Assembly: GCF_964213995.1 (NCBI RefSeq)
Contig: NC_135805.1
Coordinates: forward strand, 45,632,001-45,696,000
Direction of reading: 5' to 3'
DNA from: Mustelus asterias
Lineage: Eukaryota
Length of the DNA: 64,000 nucleotides
In this document: piece after piece, positions 25,149 through 39,212 of the stretch
Layout: each line of letters begins with the position of its first letter
How positions within the stretch are numbered: position 1 is the stretch's first letter
Position numbers and translations under genes: made by a program
The notes under the pieces: model-generated
Databases searched by the model: none
Told to the model about the DNA's origin: nothing
What the model saw: the letters and a program-made list of their open reading frames with translations, nothing else

Positions 25149-26929
25149 GGAAGTTTGTTTTACCTAACCATTTACAAATAGTGCCATTAACAAATTTTAC
25201 TTCTTAATTCAAAATGTGTTTACTGTTAATTTAAACTGAAAATTTGCACAAAAAATGCACCCTGTGACATTGCTTAATTTGAACAAGTGATAATTTGATT
25301 TGTTTTTGAATGAAAATAACTTTGGATAAACAGGAATAGGCCGAGTGACTTGATACCCTCAGTAATTCCAACCTATATCTAATTTCACTATACCCCTTCC
25401 CTTCCAGGGTTCTTGGTCTTTTTCTCCCCTTCTCTCTCCATGCTGCATAGAAGGTGTCTTGGTTAAGTTCACAGCCATTCCTTTGACTTGGCTATCATTT
25501 GAGATCTATCAGCCCAGCTTCATGATCATCCGAGGGTCTCCCAAGTCTTTTTATCAACTCTTTCACCATGTTCATCCTCTTTTCTGCTGCTAACAACTCC
25601 ACCCTCCCTGTCTGTCCCCAAGGGGGAGGGGTGAATATCAGTTTCCATACCAGTGCCCGCCTCTCTGATTTGCACCTCGATTGCCATCGGTGTAAGCAAA
25701 TCTGCTCAATAATTTTAAATCTCCTTTGCTTCCATCTTTGATTATGTTTTATTCCGACCAGATGAAGCCCCACCACTTCCTGAGATGGTGGTTAACTCTG
25801 TGCTGTCGGGTGTCTGGGAAGAAGGCTGGAATATATGAGTCCCTCTTGGCTGCACACATTCAGATCTTTCCAGGCTGACATAAGCCTAGTTTTCCCCATC
25901 ACCAAATATTCCTATTGTTTCAACATCACTCTGGGTGGCAAAGACAGCCCTAATCCTGTCACCATGATCAAAATGCACTCCTTCCATCCACCACCTTACC
26001 TTCCCTGCAACCTGGGCTCAGATTCCAGATGTGAGCAGCTAAGGCCACCTGTTAAGCATCCTCCCACTCTCTCCTATTTCAAAGTTCGGATTCTTCTTGT
26101 ATTTTGCAGATCCTGTCTGCACGTTAAGTCTGGGAATGGAACAGTGTGCAAAATATCCTCCCATTCCTACCAGCAAGCCACCCCATCCATTTCGGGGGCC
26201 TGGGGACTGATGAGATGCATGCCCCAAATGGACATGGGGTTGCAGTTCACCATCCCTAGCCCGGTGAAGTATAGAATTTACTGATGGCCAAACTGGTCTG
26301 CCTGATGGAGTGGGAGGGAGGTGACTGCAGGGGCGGATGGGGGTGTTGGTGGTGACCTTTCTCTCCAGTCCCACACCCACCATCCCCCAGCCCCCCGTCC
26401 CCCACTCCCCAGCCTCCACCACTCTACTCTTCCCATGGCCCCTCAGCAACAGCTATAGATTTCCATCTCTGCCCTCTGAAATTCCCTTGTCAAACCTCTT
26501 TGGGGGTGAAATTTGTAGTGGGTGATCGTGTATTATGGAGGATTGTCCATCCAAAGGAAAATTGGGTGGAATGTAAAACGGACTGCTCTGCCAAGAAAAA
26601 ATTCACCCCCATGCCTGAAAGCTTCCTGGAAGATTTTTTAAAAATCCATTTACAGGATGTGGATGTTGCTGGCTAGACCAGCAGTTATTGCCCATCCCTA
26701 GTTGCTCTTGAGAAGGTGGTGATGAGCTGCCTTCTTGTTCCACTGCAGTCGCTGAGTTGCAGGTACACCCATGATGCTAATAGGGAAGGTGGTCCAGGAT
26801 TCTGACCGAACGACAGTGAAGGGGTGGTGATATATTTCCAAGACCGGATGGTGAGTGACTTGGAGGGGAGCTTCCAGGTGGTATTCCCATGTATATGCTG
26901 CTCATGTGCTTCCAGATGGTAGCAGTCAT

Positions 26930-27347
26930 ATAAGAACATAAGAACATAAGAAATAGGAGCAGGAGTAGGCCATCTGGCCCTTCGAGCCTGCCCCGCCATT
27001 CAACAAGATCATGGCTGATCTGAAGCAAATCAGTTCCACTTACCCGCCTGCTCCCCATATCCCCTAATTCCCTTATCGATCAGAAAACTATCTACCCATG
27101 ATTTAAACATATTCAACGAGGAAGCCTCCACCACTTCAATGGGCAGAGAATTCCAGAGATTCACTACCCTCTGAGAGAAGAATTTCCCCCTCAACTCTGT
27201 TCTGAACCGGCCCCCCCTTATTTTGAGGCTGTGCCCTCTAGTTCTGGTTTCCCTTCTAAGTGGAAAGAATCTCTCCACCTCTACCCTATCCAGCCCCTTC
27301 ATTATCTTATATGTCTCTATAAGATCTCCCCTCATCCTTCTAAACTC
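26930..27347 (-). mobile_element. CR1 3' fragment nested in the LINE above
   Basis: RRMRGDLIETYKIMKG...; (taagaaca)n tail. Confidence 0.85.
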
Positions 27348-28950
27348 TATTTGGAAGGTGCTGCTTAAGGGCTTTGGCGAGTTCCTGCAGTGCATTTTGT
27401 AGATGGTACACACAGCTGCAGCTGCTCATCAGCAATCAAGCCAGCTGTCTTGTCCCAGATGGTGTCGAGCTTCTTGATTGTTTTTGGAGCAGCTCCCATT
27501 CAGGAGAGTGGAGAGCTTTCCATTACACTCCTGATTTGTGCCCTGTCGGAGGTGGAGAGGTGGGGAGTCAGGAGGTGAGTAACTCACTGCAGGATTCCCA
27601 GCCTCTGACTTGCTCTTGTAGCCACGGTATTTATATGGTTAGTCCAGTTCAATTTCTGGTCAATGGTTAGATCCTCTTGTTGGAGATAGTCATTGTCTGA
27701 CACTTGTGGGATGTGAATGTTACTTGCCACTTGTCAGCCCAAGCCTGGATATTGTCCAGATCTTGCTGCATTTGAACATGGACTGCTTCAGTATCCGAGC
27801 AGACACGAATTCTGCTGAACATTGTGCAGTCTTCAGCAAACATCCCCAATTCGGAAGGAAGGTCATCATCGAAGCAGCTGAGGATGGTTGAGCATCAGGA
27901 CACTACCCTGTGGAACACCTGAAGTGATGTTCTGAAACTGAACTGATTGACCTCCAACCATCACGACCAACTTCCTTTGTGTCAGGTATGATTCTAACCC
28001 ACGGAGAGTTTTCCCCTTGATTTCCATTGAATTCAGTTTTTCTAGGGCTCTCTAATGCCATACTCAGTCAAATGCGGCCTTGATACCAAGGACAGTCACT
28101 CTCACCTCACCTCTAGCATTCAGCCCTTTTGTCCATGTTAGGAGGTCAGGAGCTAAGTGATTCTAGCAGAATTTAAACTGACCGTCATTGCGCAGGTTAT
28201 TGCTGAGTAAGTGCCGCTTGATAATGCCATTGATGACCCCTTCTATCACTTTACTGATGATCGAGAGTAGACTGATCGAGCTGTAATTGGCCAGGTTGGA
28301 TTTGTCCTGTTTCTTGTGTATAAGACATACCTGGGCAATTGTCCATATTGCCGGGTTGATGCCAGTATTGTAGCTGTATTGGAACAGCTTGGCTAGGGGA
28401 GCGGCAAGTTCTGGAACACAAATCTTCAGTACTGTTGCCAGAATATTGTCAAGGCCCATAACCTTTGCAGTATCCGGTGCCTCCAGCTATTTCTTGATGT
28501 CATGAATCAACTTGGATGAAGACTGACATCTGTGATGTTGGGGACCTTTGGAGGAGGCCGAGATAGATCATCACTCAGCACTTCTGGCTGAAGATTGCTG
28601 CGAATGCTTGAGCCTCATCTTTTGCACTGATATACTGGGCTCCTCCATCATTGAGGATGGGCATATTTGTGGCACCTCCTTCTTCAGTGAGTTGTTGAAA
28701 TGTCCACCACCATTCACGGCTGGATGTTTCAGGATTGCAGAGGTTAGATCTGATCTGTTGGTTATGGAATTGCTTAGCTCTGTCTATTACTTGCTGCTTA
28801 TGCTGTTGGCACGCAAGTTATACTGTGTTGTTTCTTCACTAAGTTGACCCCTTTATTTTAGGTATGCCTGGTGTTGCTCCTGGCATGTCCTTTTCCATTC
28901 TTGAACCAAGGTTGATTCCCTGGCATTCTGGTAATGGTGGAGTGGGGGAT

Positions 28951-30150
28951 AGAACATAGAACAGTACAGCACAGAACAGGCCCTTCAGCCCACGATGTTG
29001 TGCCGAGCTTTGTCTGAAATCAAGATCAAGCTATCCCACTCCCTATCATCCTGGTGTGCTCCATGTGCCTATCCAATAACCGCTTAAATGTTCCTAAAGT
29101 GTCTGACTCCACTATCACTGCAGGCAGTCCATTCCACACCCCAACCACTCTCTGATATCCTTCCTATATCTCCCACCATGAACCCTATAGTTATGCCCCC
29201 TTGTAATAGCTCCATCCACCCGAGGAAATAGCCTTTGAACGTTCACTCTATCTATCCCCTTCATCATTTTATAAACCTCTATTAAGTCGTCCCTCAGCCT
29301 CCTCCGCTCCAGAGAGAACAGCCCTAGCTCCCTCAACCTTTCCTCATATGACCTACCCTCCAAACCAGGCAGCATCCTGGTAAATCTCCTCTGCACTCTT
29401 TCCAGCGCTTCCACATCCTTCTTATAGTGAGGTGACCAGAACTGCACACAATATTCCAAATGTGGTCTCACCAAGGTCCTGTATGGTTGCAGCATAACCC
29501 CACGGCTCTTAAACTCCAACCCCATGTTAATAAAAGCTAACACACTATAGGCCTTCTTCACAGCTCTATCCACTTGAGTGGCAACCTTTAGAGATCTGTG
29601 GATATAGACCCCAAGATCTCTCTGTTCCTCCACAGTCTTCAGAACCCTACCTTTGACCCTGTAATCCACATTTAAATTAGTCCTACCAAAATGAATCACC
29701 TCACATTTATCAGGGTTAAACTCCATTTGCCATTTTTCAGCCCAGCTTTGCATCCTATCTATGTCTCTTTGCAGCCTACAACAGCCCTCCACCTCATCCA
29801 CTACTCCACCAATCTTGGTGTCATCAGCAAATTTACTGATCCACCCTTCAGCCCCCTCCTCTAAGTCATTAATAAAAATCACAAAGAGCAGAGGACCAAG
29901 CACTGATCCCTGTGGCACTCCGCTAGCAACCTGCCTCCAGTCCGAAAATTTTCCATCCACCACCACCCTCTGTCTTAGATCAGATAGCCAGTTACCTATC
30001 CAATCGGCCAACTTTCCCTCTATCCCACACCTCCTCACTTTCATCATAAGCCGACCATGGGGGACCTTATCAAACACCTTACTAAAATCCATGGATATGA
30101 CATCAACTGCCCTACCTTCATCAACACACTTAGTTACCTCCTCAAAAAAT
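28951..30150 (-). mobile_element. Young 5'-truncated CR1 (RT domain) nested in the LINE above
   Basis: 349-aa ORF with GVPQGSVLGP and KFADD; (atagaac)n tail. Confidence 0.92.
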
Positions 30151-31351
30151 TCATGCCAGGCCATGATGTTACAGATTGGTTGTATACAATTCTGTTACCG
30201 CTGATGGCCCACAATGCCTTATGGATACCCAGTCTTGAGTTGCCAGATCTGTTCGAAGTCAATCCCACTTAGCATAGTGACAATGCCACACAACACTATG
30301 GAGGGTATCCTTAGTGTTAAGATGGGACTTTGTCTCCACAAGGATTGTGCAGAGGTGACTTCCACCGATACTGTCATGGACAGATGCATCTGTGGCAGGC
30401 AGGTTGGCAAGGATGAGATCAAGTATGTTTTTCCCTCTTGTTGGTTCCCTCACTACCACACACCCAGTCTAGTTGCTATCTCCTTTCAGATCTGGCCAGC
30501 TTGGTGTGTGGTGTTACTATTGAGCCGTTCCTGGTGATGGACATTAAAGTTCCCCACCCAGAGGAGTTCTGTGCCCTTGCCACACTCAGTGCTTCCTCCA
30601 AGTGGCGTTCAACATGGAGGAGAACTGATTCATCAGCTGAGTGGGGACAGTATGTGGCAATCAGCAGGAGATTTCCCTGGTTATGTTTGACCTGGGACCA
30701 TGAGACTTCATGGGGTCCAGAGTTGATGTTGTGGACTCCAAGGGCAACACCCTCCCAACTGTATGCCACTGTGCTGCTGCCATCTCTGCTGGGTCAGTCC
30801 TGCGGTGAAATAGGCCAGGAATGGTGATGGTGATGTCTGGGGCATTATCTGTAAATCATGATTCCGTGAGTATGACTGTGTCAGGCTGTTGCTTGACTAC
30901 TCTGTGAGACAGCTCTCCCTATTTTGGCACTAGCCCTCAGATGTTAGTAAGGAGGGCTTTGCAGGGTGGACAGGGCTGGGTTTGCTGTTGTCGTTTCCGA
31001 TGCCTAGGTCAATGCCAGATGGTCCGTCTCGTTTCATTCCGTTGGATACAACTGAGTGGCTTGCTAGGCCATTTCAGAGAGCATTTAAAAGTAAACCACA
31101 TTGTTGTTTTGTATATCTTTTGATTTTTTATTTTCTTATCATCATCTACCTGTGTACCCCTCGTGCATTATGCTGAGGAACTTTATTCTGAGAGGGGCAT
31201 TAATAATATTGTGTCAATGAAATTTTTGAAATCCATGCTGCCCACAATTTTACAAATGGATGGATAATCCCAGCAGCGTGAATTGGAAAATGATCCCTGA
31301 GCATAACAGCCTGTCTCTAATGCCAAATAATCCTATTCATTTTGTCTCCAG

Positions 31352-31480
31352 AGTATTTGCAGTAGGAGGCATCAGCCGGATGTTTACATTGGCCATGATG
31401 CACAGCACATGCGAGGAGTTCTTTCCTTGCACTACCCACTGGAACATGGAATTGTGACCAACTGGGACGAAATAGAAAAG
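31352..31480 (+). CDS. Actin domain exon 2 ([43 protein letters not shown]), residues 42-84
   Basis: tttgtctccag acceptor, aag|gtatgt donor; 43 codons colinear with actin; His73 retained. Confidence 0.95.
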
Positions 31481-32429
31481 GTATGTTTGATAGAAATGGA
31501 CATCAATTTGAAAGCTATGTTTACTAGATATTTCTCCAAAGATTAATGGATTAGGATCCTTATCGTATAGACCTCCAGGTTTGGTTCTCCAACGTTTGGT
31601 TAGCTGATCTTGGCTAGGACAGCAGTTGGACATTATAAGTGAGCTGGGTGAGACCAGCTAGGGCTCCCATGTTCTGATTGCTACCTCTGAACCATTTGCC
31701 AACTCTTCATTGTTGCTGTGTCAGTATTCTGCAATTTCCTACCTACCTACACCTTGGGAGCATCGTCACCACAAAGACTTCAGGAGTTCAAGGAGAAGCC
31801 CACCAGCATGGGCTTGGAGAGCCAAAGGGCCAGTTCCTGTGCTGTACTTCTCTTTGTTCTTTGTTCATTGCCTACTTGGGGCAACCAGGAATGAACAATA
31901 AATGTCGCTTTGCCAATATTGCCTGTGTGCATTGCACATACATCACAGATACAGGTCTCAAAATTGGCAACATTGGGATTGATGTCCATACTGGATTTCA
32001 GGTCTTGCTGATTTTTGGGTTGGGTGGGTTGGGCCTGTAGAATGTTAGATAAGCTTTTCAAGCGAGGATAGTCAAGGGCAGTTTTGAAAAAAAGAGATTT
32101 TATGATCCCGCATTTGAACAACTTGTTGCATTTTACAGCCCTGACCCTGCCTTAACGCGGCAGGAAAAGGCTGCCCAGTACAGCAGGATAAGCCAGGGGA
32201 TTCTCTGGAGCTGCTTCAGAGTCAGTGTTACGTTGCCGGAGGAATGGCTGAAGCTCTGATTGTTCATGACTACGGTTTCCCTCTAACCTTCAGTGAAATG
32301 TTGGACTGGGAGCAACTGTATTGAATTTCCCGCCAGACAGTTCAACCAAAGGTGTCGGTGAGGAGGGAAAGTCAGGTGGTGGCACCTTAAAAAAAATGCC
32401 TGGTTTTTGGATAGCCATATTTGAAACAT

Positions 32430-32830
32430 TGTACCTATTTACAACATCCAGACAGCCCAAAGTGCCGCACAGATATTGAAAGTTTTTGTTATTTAGCCTA
32501 ATGCAGCATCTAGCTTCCACAACAAAGTAAGTTCCCACAAATATCAAGCGACCAACTGGACCAGAAAGGACCGGGTTTTGGTTGAGAGCTAAATATTGGC
32601 TAAGCGGTAGGGGGACTCCCTCACTCTTCTTTGAATAATGCCAAGAATCATTTACATGTTGAACCAGGCCTTAATTTAGTACCTCAACCAAAAGACAACA
32701 TCTGTCACAATGCAGCACTCTCTCAGTACTGCAACAAATTATCAGCTAAGAGTAAGCTTCCAAATTCATAGCAGGGATTGATGTCGAGGCATTCTGATTT
32801 TGGAGGTGAGAGTGTTGACTTGGAGCCCTT
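32430..32830 (-). mobile_element. Deu-domain SINE, old
   Basis: Antisense of agtactgagagagtgctgcattgt...ggcattattcaaagaagag. Confidence 0.5.
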
Positions 32831-32908
32831 TTGACAACTAAAGTGTATTCCACTAAATATGGTTTGATGAAAAGGATAAAGGATTAATGCCGAGTATATC
32901 TATTTCAG

Positions 32909-33104
32909 ATCTGGCATCATACATTTTATCATCAGCTCCGCATTGACCCACAGGAGCACCCAATCCTCCTGACGGAGGCAGCCATGAACCCACACCAGAA
33001 CCGAGAGCGAATGGTTGAGATCATGTTTGAAGTCTTTAATGTGCCTTTTTCTTATGTGGCAATGCAAGCTGTTTTAGCACTTTATTCTTCGGGGAGAACA
33101 ACAG
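32909..33104 (+). CDS. Actin domain exon 3 (IWHHTFY...SGRTTG), residues 85-150
   Basis: tatttcag acceptor, g|gtatgt donor in phase 1; Q137 retained. Confidence 0.95.
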
Positions 33105-36100
33105 GTATGTTGCTTTTTGCAATGCACACATTCAAGAGGAGTGATGTTAGTGCTGGAACACCGAGGGCGAGACTCTCCAGCCTCCCAGCCGCGTGTTTCC
33201 CGCCAGCGGGAGGTGGCGCATTGTTTGCCAGTGGCGGGATTCTCTGGTCCCGCCGCTGTCAATGGAAATTCCCATTGACGTCACCCCACGCTGGCAGAAA
33301 ACCCACGGGGGGGCGGGAGTGCGCTGTCGGCGGGACCGGAGAAGCCCGCTGGCGTGGACAGCCGAAGAATTCTGGCCCTAATGTCCTCATCAGCTAACTG
33401 TGGTGCTATGCTATATACTGCAAGTATTGATGTCAGCATAATGAGGAAGGCAGTTTGCTGTGTTTTTTTAAATTCATGGGATGTGGGCATCATTGGCATT
33501 TATTACCCATCCCTAATTGCTCTTGAACTGACTGGACCATTTCACAGGGCACGTGAAAGTCAACCTGGATCTGGGGTTATGCCCAGACCAAGTAAGAATG
33601 GTAGATTGTCTTCCCTAACAGACACAGATGAACCAGATGGTCATCATTAGACTTTTACTTCCATATTTTTATTGAATTCAATTCAAATTTCACCATCTGC
33701 TGTGGTGGGATTTGAACCCAGGTCCCCAGAGCATTAGCCTGGGTCTCAGGATTACTAATCCAGTAAACTATATCACTATGCCCCCCAGAATGTTTGAAGA
33801 GTTAGGAAGAACATGTGAAAACTGAAAAATTATTTTAATGGGAGACTTCTATGAACTGAATAAATTAGAATCATAGAAAGTTTATGAGATAGAAAGAGAC
33901 CACTTGGCCCATTGTGTCTGCACCAGCTGAAAAGCAAGCCAGACATCCCAGTTCCATATCCAGCCCTGCAAGTTAGGACACTTAAGGTGCATGTTCAGAT
34001 ACTACAGCCCTTTTCAGGCAGCGAGTTCCAGGTCCCTACAACCCCCCGAGGTGAAGAAGGTTTTCCTTATCTCCCCTCTAATCTTTCTACCAATCATTTT
34101 CTATCTCTGACTCCTCATCTCTGACCTCTCTGCTAAGGTAAATAGGCCTTTCCCATCCACTCTATCCATGCTCCTCACAACTTTGTACATCTGAAACTAA
34201 TCTCCCCATAGCCTCCTCTGTTCCAAGGAGAACAACCCCAGCCTATCCAGTCTTTGCTCATAGCTGCAATCTTCCAGTCTTGGCAACATTCTCATAAACC
34301 TCCTCTGTAATGTAATTACATCCTTTCTGTAATGCGTGATCAGAACGGTACATGGTACTCAAGTTGCGACCTAACTAATGATTTATACAGCTTCAGTATG
34401 ACCTTTTTCTTATATTCTATATTTTGGTTAATAAATGAAAGGATTCCATATTCATTCTTAATCACCTATCAACCTGTTCTGCTACCTTCAGGGATCTGTG
34501 AACTTTCCCATGGTCCCTCACTTCCTCTACATCTCTCAGTATCTTCCTATTTAGTGTGAAATCTTTTGCCTTGTTTGATTTTCCCGAATACATCACCTCA
34601 CATTTCTCTGGGTTGAATTCCATTTGCCACTTTTCTGCCTTCCTGGCCATCCATTGATATCTTTCTGCAGGCTACAGCTGTCCTCATTGCTATTAACCAC
34701 TCAGCCATTTTTTATGTCGTCCACAAACATCATGATCATGCCCCTTTGTTTACACCCAAATCATTTATACCACAAATAGCAGGGGACCCAGTATTGAGCC
34801 CTGTGGAACCTCCCTGGAAACAGCCTTCCAGTCGCAAAAACACCCGTCAACAATTATCCTTTGTTCCTTGCCACTGAACCAATTCTGTATCCAGTTTGCT
34901 ACATTCTCCTAGATCCCATAGGCTTTTATTTTGTTAGCCACTCTGCCATGTGAGACCTTATCAAAAGCTTTGCTAAAATCCATGTGGATCACACCAACTG
35001 CACTCATCAATCCTCCCTGTTACTCCCTCAAAAAATTCAAATTAGTCAGACCTTCCCTTAACAAATCCATGCTGACTGTCCTTGATTAATCCATGCCAGT
35101 TTATCCTGTCATCAGGATAATACATCCATTCCTATAATTTGCCCACTACCAAGGTCAGACTGGCTGGCCAGTAATTATTTGGTCTATCCCTCTTTCCCTT
35201 TTTAAGCAACATTAGCAAACCTCCAATCTTCTGGCACCCCACCAGTTTCCAGTGAGGATTGGAAAATAATGGTCAGGCCGTCCACTATTTCTTCCCTGGT
35301 TTTCCATAACTCCTTGCCATACATTTCATCAAGTCCAGGTGATTTATCTACTTTCAAGGATGCTAATTGACTTAATACTTCCTCTCTCCCTATGTTTATC
35401 ACATCCAATATTTCACATTCCTCCTCCCTAATGTCTGCATTGTTCCTTCTTTTGTGAAGATAGATGCAAAGTATTCATTACCATACCCACATCCTCTGCC
35501 TCTACACATAGGTTACCTTTTTGGTTGTTTATGGGTCCTACTCTTTCCTTAATTACTGTCTTACTGTTAATATGTTGATAATGTGGAGATGCCGGCGTTG
35601 GACTGGGGTTTGATAAAACAGCTTTGGGTTTCCTTGATGTTGCTTGCCAATTTTCCTTCATGCCCTCTCTTTGCTTTCCTAATTTCTTTCTTGATTTCAC
35701 TCCTTATCTTTCTATTCTCCTCTTGGTTTTCACTAATATTGACTTCTTGGTGTTTGACATAAGCTTTTCTTTTTTGCCTGATCTTACCCTGTAAGCTCCT
35801 TGACATCCAGGGGGCTCCAGGTTTGACTGTCCACCCTTTTTCTTTATGGGAACATGTTTACTCTGAACCCCTTGAATCTCCCCTTTGAATGTCTCCCATT
35901 GTTCTAACTCCGATTTACCTTCAAGTAACTGTTTCTGGCCCACTTCCACTAAATCAGTCCTCAGTTTGGTGAAATTGGCCTTTAACTTCTGTTTTATATT
36001 AGTCCTTTTCCGTAATTATGTTAAAACTAACTGATTTACGATCACTACCCACCGAAAATTCTCTCCCACTGTTTCACCTGCCCAGCTTCATTTCCTAAAG

Positions 36101-36480
36101 CTAAGTCCAGAACTATGCCCTCTTTTGTTGGACTTGCTACACACTGGCCAAAAATATTCTCCTGAATGCACCTTAACCATTCTGTTCCTCCATCCCTTTT
36201 GCACTAAACCTATTTCAGTTAAAATCACCTGCTATTCCTGCCATACTGTTCTTGCACTTCTCAGAGATTTGCCTACATCTTTGCTCTTCTATCTCCCTCC
36301 CACTGATTGGGGATCTACAGGACACTCCCAGTAGAGTGACTTCCATTTTTATGTTCCTAAGTTCAATCCATATGGCCTCAATTAATGATCCTTCTAACCT
36401 ATCATCCTTCCCACAGTTGTAATTGCTTCTCTAAGCAAAATTGCTACCTTTTTATCCCACTCTCTATCTTGTGTCTTTAT

Positions 36481-36815
36481 GGGCGGCACGGTGGCACAGG
36501 GGTTAGCACTACTGCCTCACAGTGTCAGGAACCTGGGTTCGATTCTGGCCTAGGGTGACTGTCTGTGTGGAGTTTGCACATTCTCCCCGTGTCTGCTTTG
36601 GTTCCCTCCAAATGCTCCAGTTTCCTCCCACACTCCAAAGGTGTGCAGGTTAGGTTGATTGGCCATGCTAAATTGCCCCTTAGTGTCAGGGGGATCAGCA
36701 GGGTAACTATGTGGGGTTACGGAGATAGGGCCTGGGTGGGATGTTGTCAGTGTTGTTGGTGCAGTCTTGAGGGGCTGAATGGCCTCCTCCTGCACTGTAA
36801 GGATTCTATGATTCT
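36481..36815 (+). mobile_element. HE1/V-SINE type A
   Basis: gggcggcacggtggcacag head through gattctatgattct tail. Confidence 0.85.
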
Positions 36816-37298
36816 TTATATGGTTGTCTGAAAACCCTGTAACCAGGAATGTTGAGTTGCCATTCTTGTCCCTCTGTAAACCATGTTTCTGTAATCACGA
36901 TGATATCATTGTGCCTTCAGCTAATCTGCATTATTTGCCACACTCCTTGCGTTCCCTTTGGGAACTTTTCTATTTTCTATCTTTTGTTTCCTTTGTCTTC
37001 CAGACTCACTCATTGATTTTCTACCTTGCATTACCATTTTTGATTTTGCTCCATCTGAGTCTACAGTCAGGTTCCTACCCCCCCGGTAAACTAGTTTAAA
37101 CCCTCCCCAACAGCACATGCAAACCTCCCAGCAAAATTATTGATCCTGCCCCATTGAGATACAAACCATCTGGCTTGTACAGGTTCCACCTCTCTCAGAA
37201 CTGGTCCCAATGTCCCAAGAATTTGAATCCTTCCCTCTTACACGATCTCGCCTGTCACACTTCCATCAACTCTAACCTCCTATGTCTATGCTCACTAG

Positions 37299-37421
37299 AT
37301 CCACTCTGTTGGAGAACAGAGACCACTCCATCTGACGAAGGAGCAGCAAGCTCCGAAAGCTTATGGTATTTGCTACCAAATAAACCTGTTAGACTTTAAC
37401 CTGGTGTTGTGAGACTTCTTA
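37299..37421 (+). mobile_element. Penelope-like pLTR fragment with minimal hammerhead
   Basis: 13-bp direct repeats ctatgctcactag (37286-37298, 37422-37434). Contains ccat-CTGACGA-stem-GAAA-gc-TT-atgg. Confidence 0.75.
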
Positions 37422-37500
37422 CTATGCTCACTAGTGCATGGCACTGGTAGTAATCTGGAAGTTACTACCTCTGAGGTTCTGCTTTTTAATGCCTTACACA

Positions 37501-37800
37501 GGTGGCATTGTGGTTAGCACTGCTGCCTCACAGCGCCAGGGACCGGGTTCAATTCCCAGCTTGGGTCACTGTGCGGAGTTTGCACGTTCTCCCCTAGTCT
37601 GCGTGGGTTTTCTCCGAGTGCTCCGGTTTCCTCCCACTGTCTGAAAGACAAGCTGGTTTGGTGCAATGGCCATGCTAAATTCTTCCTCAGTGTATTCAAA
37701 CAGGTGCCAGAGTGTGGCGACTAGGGGATTTACACAGTAACTTCATTGCAGTGTTAGTGTAAGCCTACTTGTGACACTAATAAATAAACTTTAAACTTTA
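37501..37800 (+). mobile_element. V-SINE tail type B
   Basis: Tail ...gtaagcctacttgtgacactaataaataaacttt. Confidence 0.8.
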
Positions 37801-38440
37801 CCTAAGTTCCCCAAAAGCAGCTTTCAGCATCTCATTCTTCCTTCTACCTATGTCGTTGGTATCATTGTGAACCATGACCTCTGGCTCTTCACCCTTCCTC
37901 TTAAGAATGTCCTTCAGCTGTCCTTTGACATCCTTGACCCTGGCACCAGGGAGGCAATGTACCATCCTGGAGTCACATCAGTGGCTGCAGAAATGCCCAT
38001 CTGTTCCCTTAACTATCAAATCCCCTACCGTTATTCCTCTTGCACTCTTCTCAATTCCCACCAGCCAGCTAAGCCATCCTTGGTGTCCCCAACCTGCCTG
38101 GCCCGCCTAAATTCTCTGGAGGTCACCCATTCCCTCTCTGCATGCATGCCCATAACTTTCAGCGTCACAGATGCACCACAGTGACTCAAATACCGAAACC
38201 CTGAGCTCAAGTTTCTGCAGCTAGTGACACTTCTTGAACATGTGTTTGTCTAGTTGCCATTCCATACCTTAAGACTACCATCCGACTGTTTACTATAAAC
38301 TGGAGACTAGACTTACTCACCAATCAGCTCCTTTTATGCCTATACATTAGTTATGTAAGAATTTTTCTATAATCCAGCTATTTACTTTATTTATGACCTT
38401 TGGCTTAATCCAGTTTTATTTTATAGTCAGTTTCCTCCAG

Positions 38441-38811
38441 CGGAGGAGGCTGAGGGGAGACTTAATAGAGGTTTATAAAATGATGAAGGGGATAGATAGA
38501 GTGAACGTTCCTCGGGTGGATGGAGCTATTACAAGGGGGCATAACTATAGGGTTCATGATGGGAGATATAGGAAGGATATCAGAGGTAGGTTCTTTACGC
38601 AGAGAGTGGTTGGGGTGTGGAATGGACTGCCTGCAGTGATAGTGGAGTCAGACACTTTAGGAACATTTAAGCGGTTATTGGATAGGCACATGGAGCACAC
38701 CAGGATGATAGGGAGTGGCATAGCTTGATCTTGGTTTCAGACAAAGCTCGGCACAACATCGTGGGCCGAAGGGCCTGTTCTGTGCTGTACTGTTCTATGT
38801 TCTATGTTCTA
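38441..38811 (+). mobile_element. CR1 3' fragment (same subfamily as 28951-30150)
   Basis: RRRLRGDLIEVYKMMKGIDRVNV...; (tctatgt)n tail. Confidence 0.9.
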
Positions 38812-39212
38812 CATAATTGTGTTAATTGCATTTTCAATTCATTAATAAACCCCACTACTCCCAATAAATGTTATGACTGCTACTGCAAAAACCTTACTAC
38901 AAATAACACCTTACCATTAGTAATAAATTGTATCAGTTCTTAAAAGATAAATGAGCAAAATACAAGCAAAATGGCTGAGGAAGCCATTCAGTTCAAGGCC
39001 AATTCAGGATGGACAATAAATGCTGGCCCAGCCAGAAATGCCCACATCCCATGAATAAATAAAAAATGCATCTGGTTCTCTGTGATTTTGGTTATGTTGA
39101 TTAAAGAGCTCGACAACTTGTATTTATACATTGCCTTTCATGTATACAAGTGCACCAAACATCTTAAGTAACTTTCTAATGTTCTATTTCAAGAATTGAT
39201 ACTAATCAATTT

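Larger units (their letters stand above)
26640..31060 (-). mobile_element. Long decayed CR1/L2-clade LINE with two nested CR1 insertions
   Basis: Endonuclease remnants (30220-30770), RT remnants (27670-28460: 'NYSSISLLSIISKV', 'MFAEDCT'), 3' end at 26640-26925. Confidence 0.8.
33865..38330 (-). mobile_element. Decayed near-full-length CR1 LINE (ORF2 and ORF1 remnants) with nested SINEs and Penelope fragments
   Basis: Fragments AEKWQMEFNPEKC, KVDKSPGLDEMY, LEQWETFKGEIQ; probable ORF1 remnants about 36830-38250. Confidence 0.8.
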
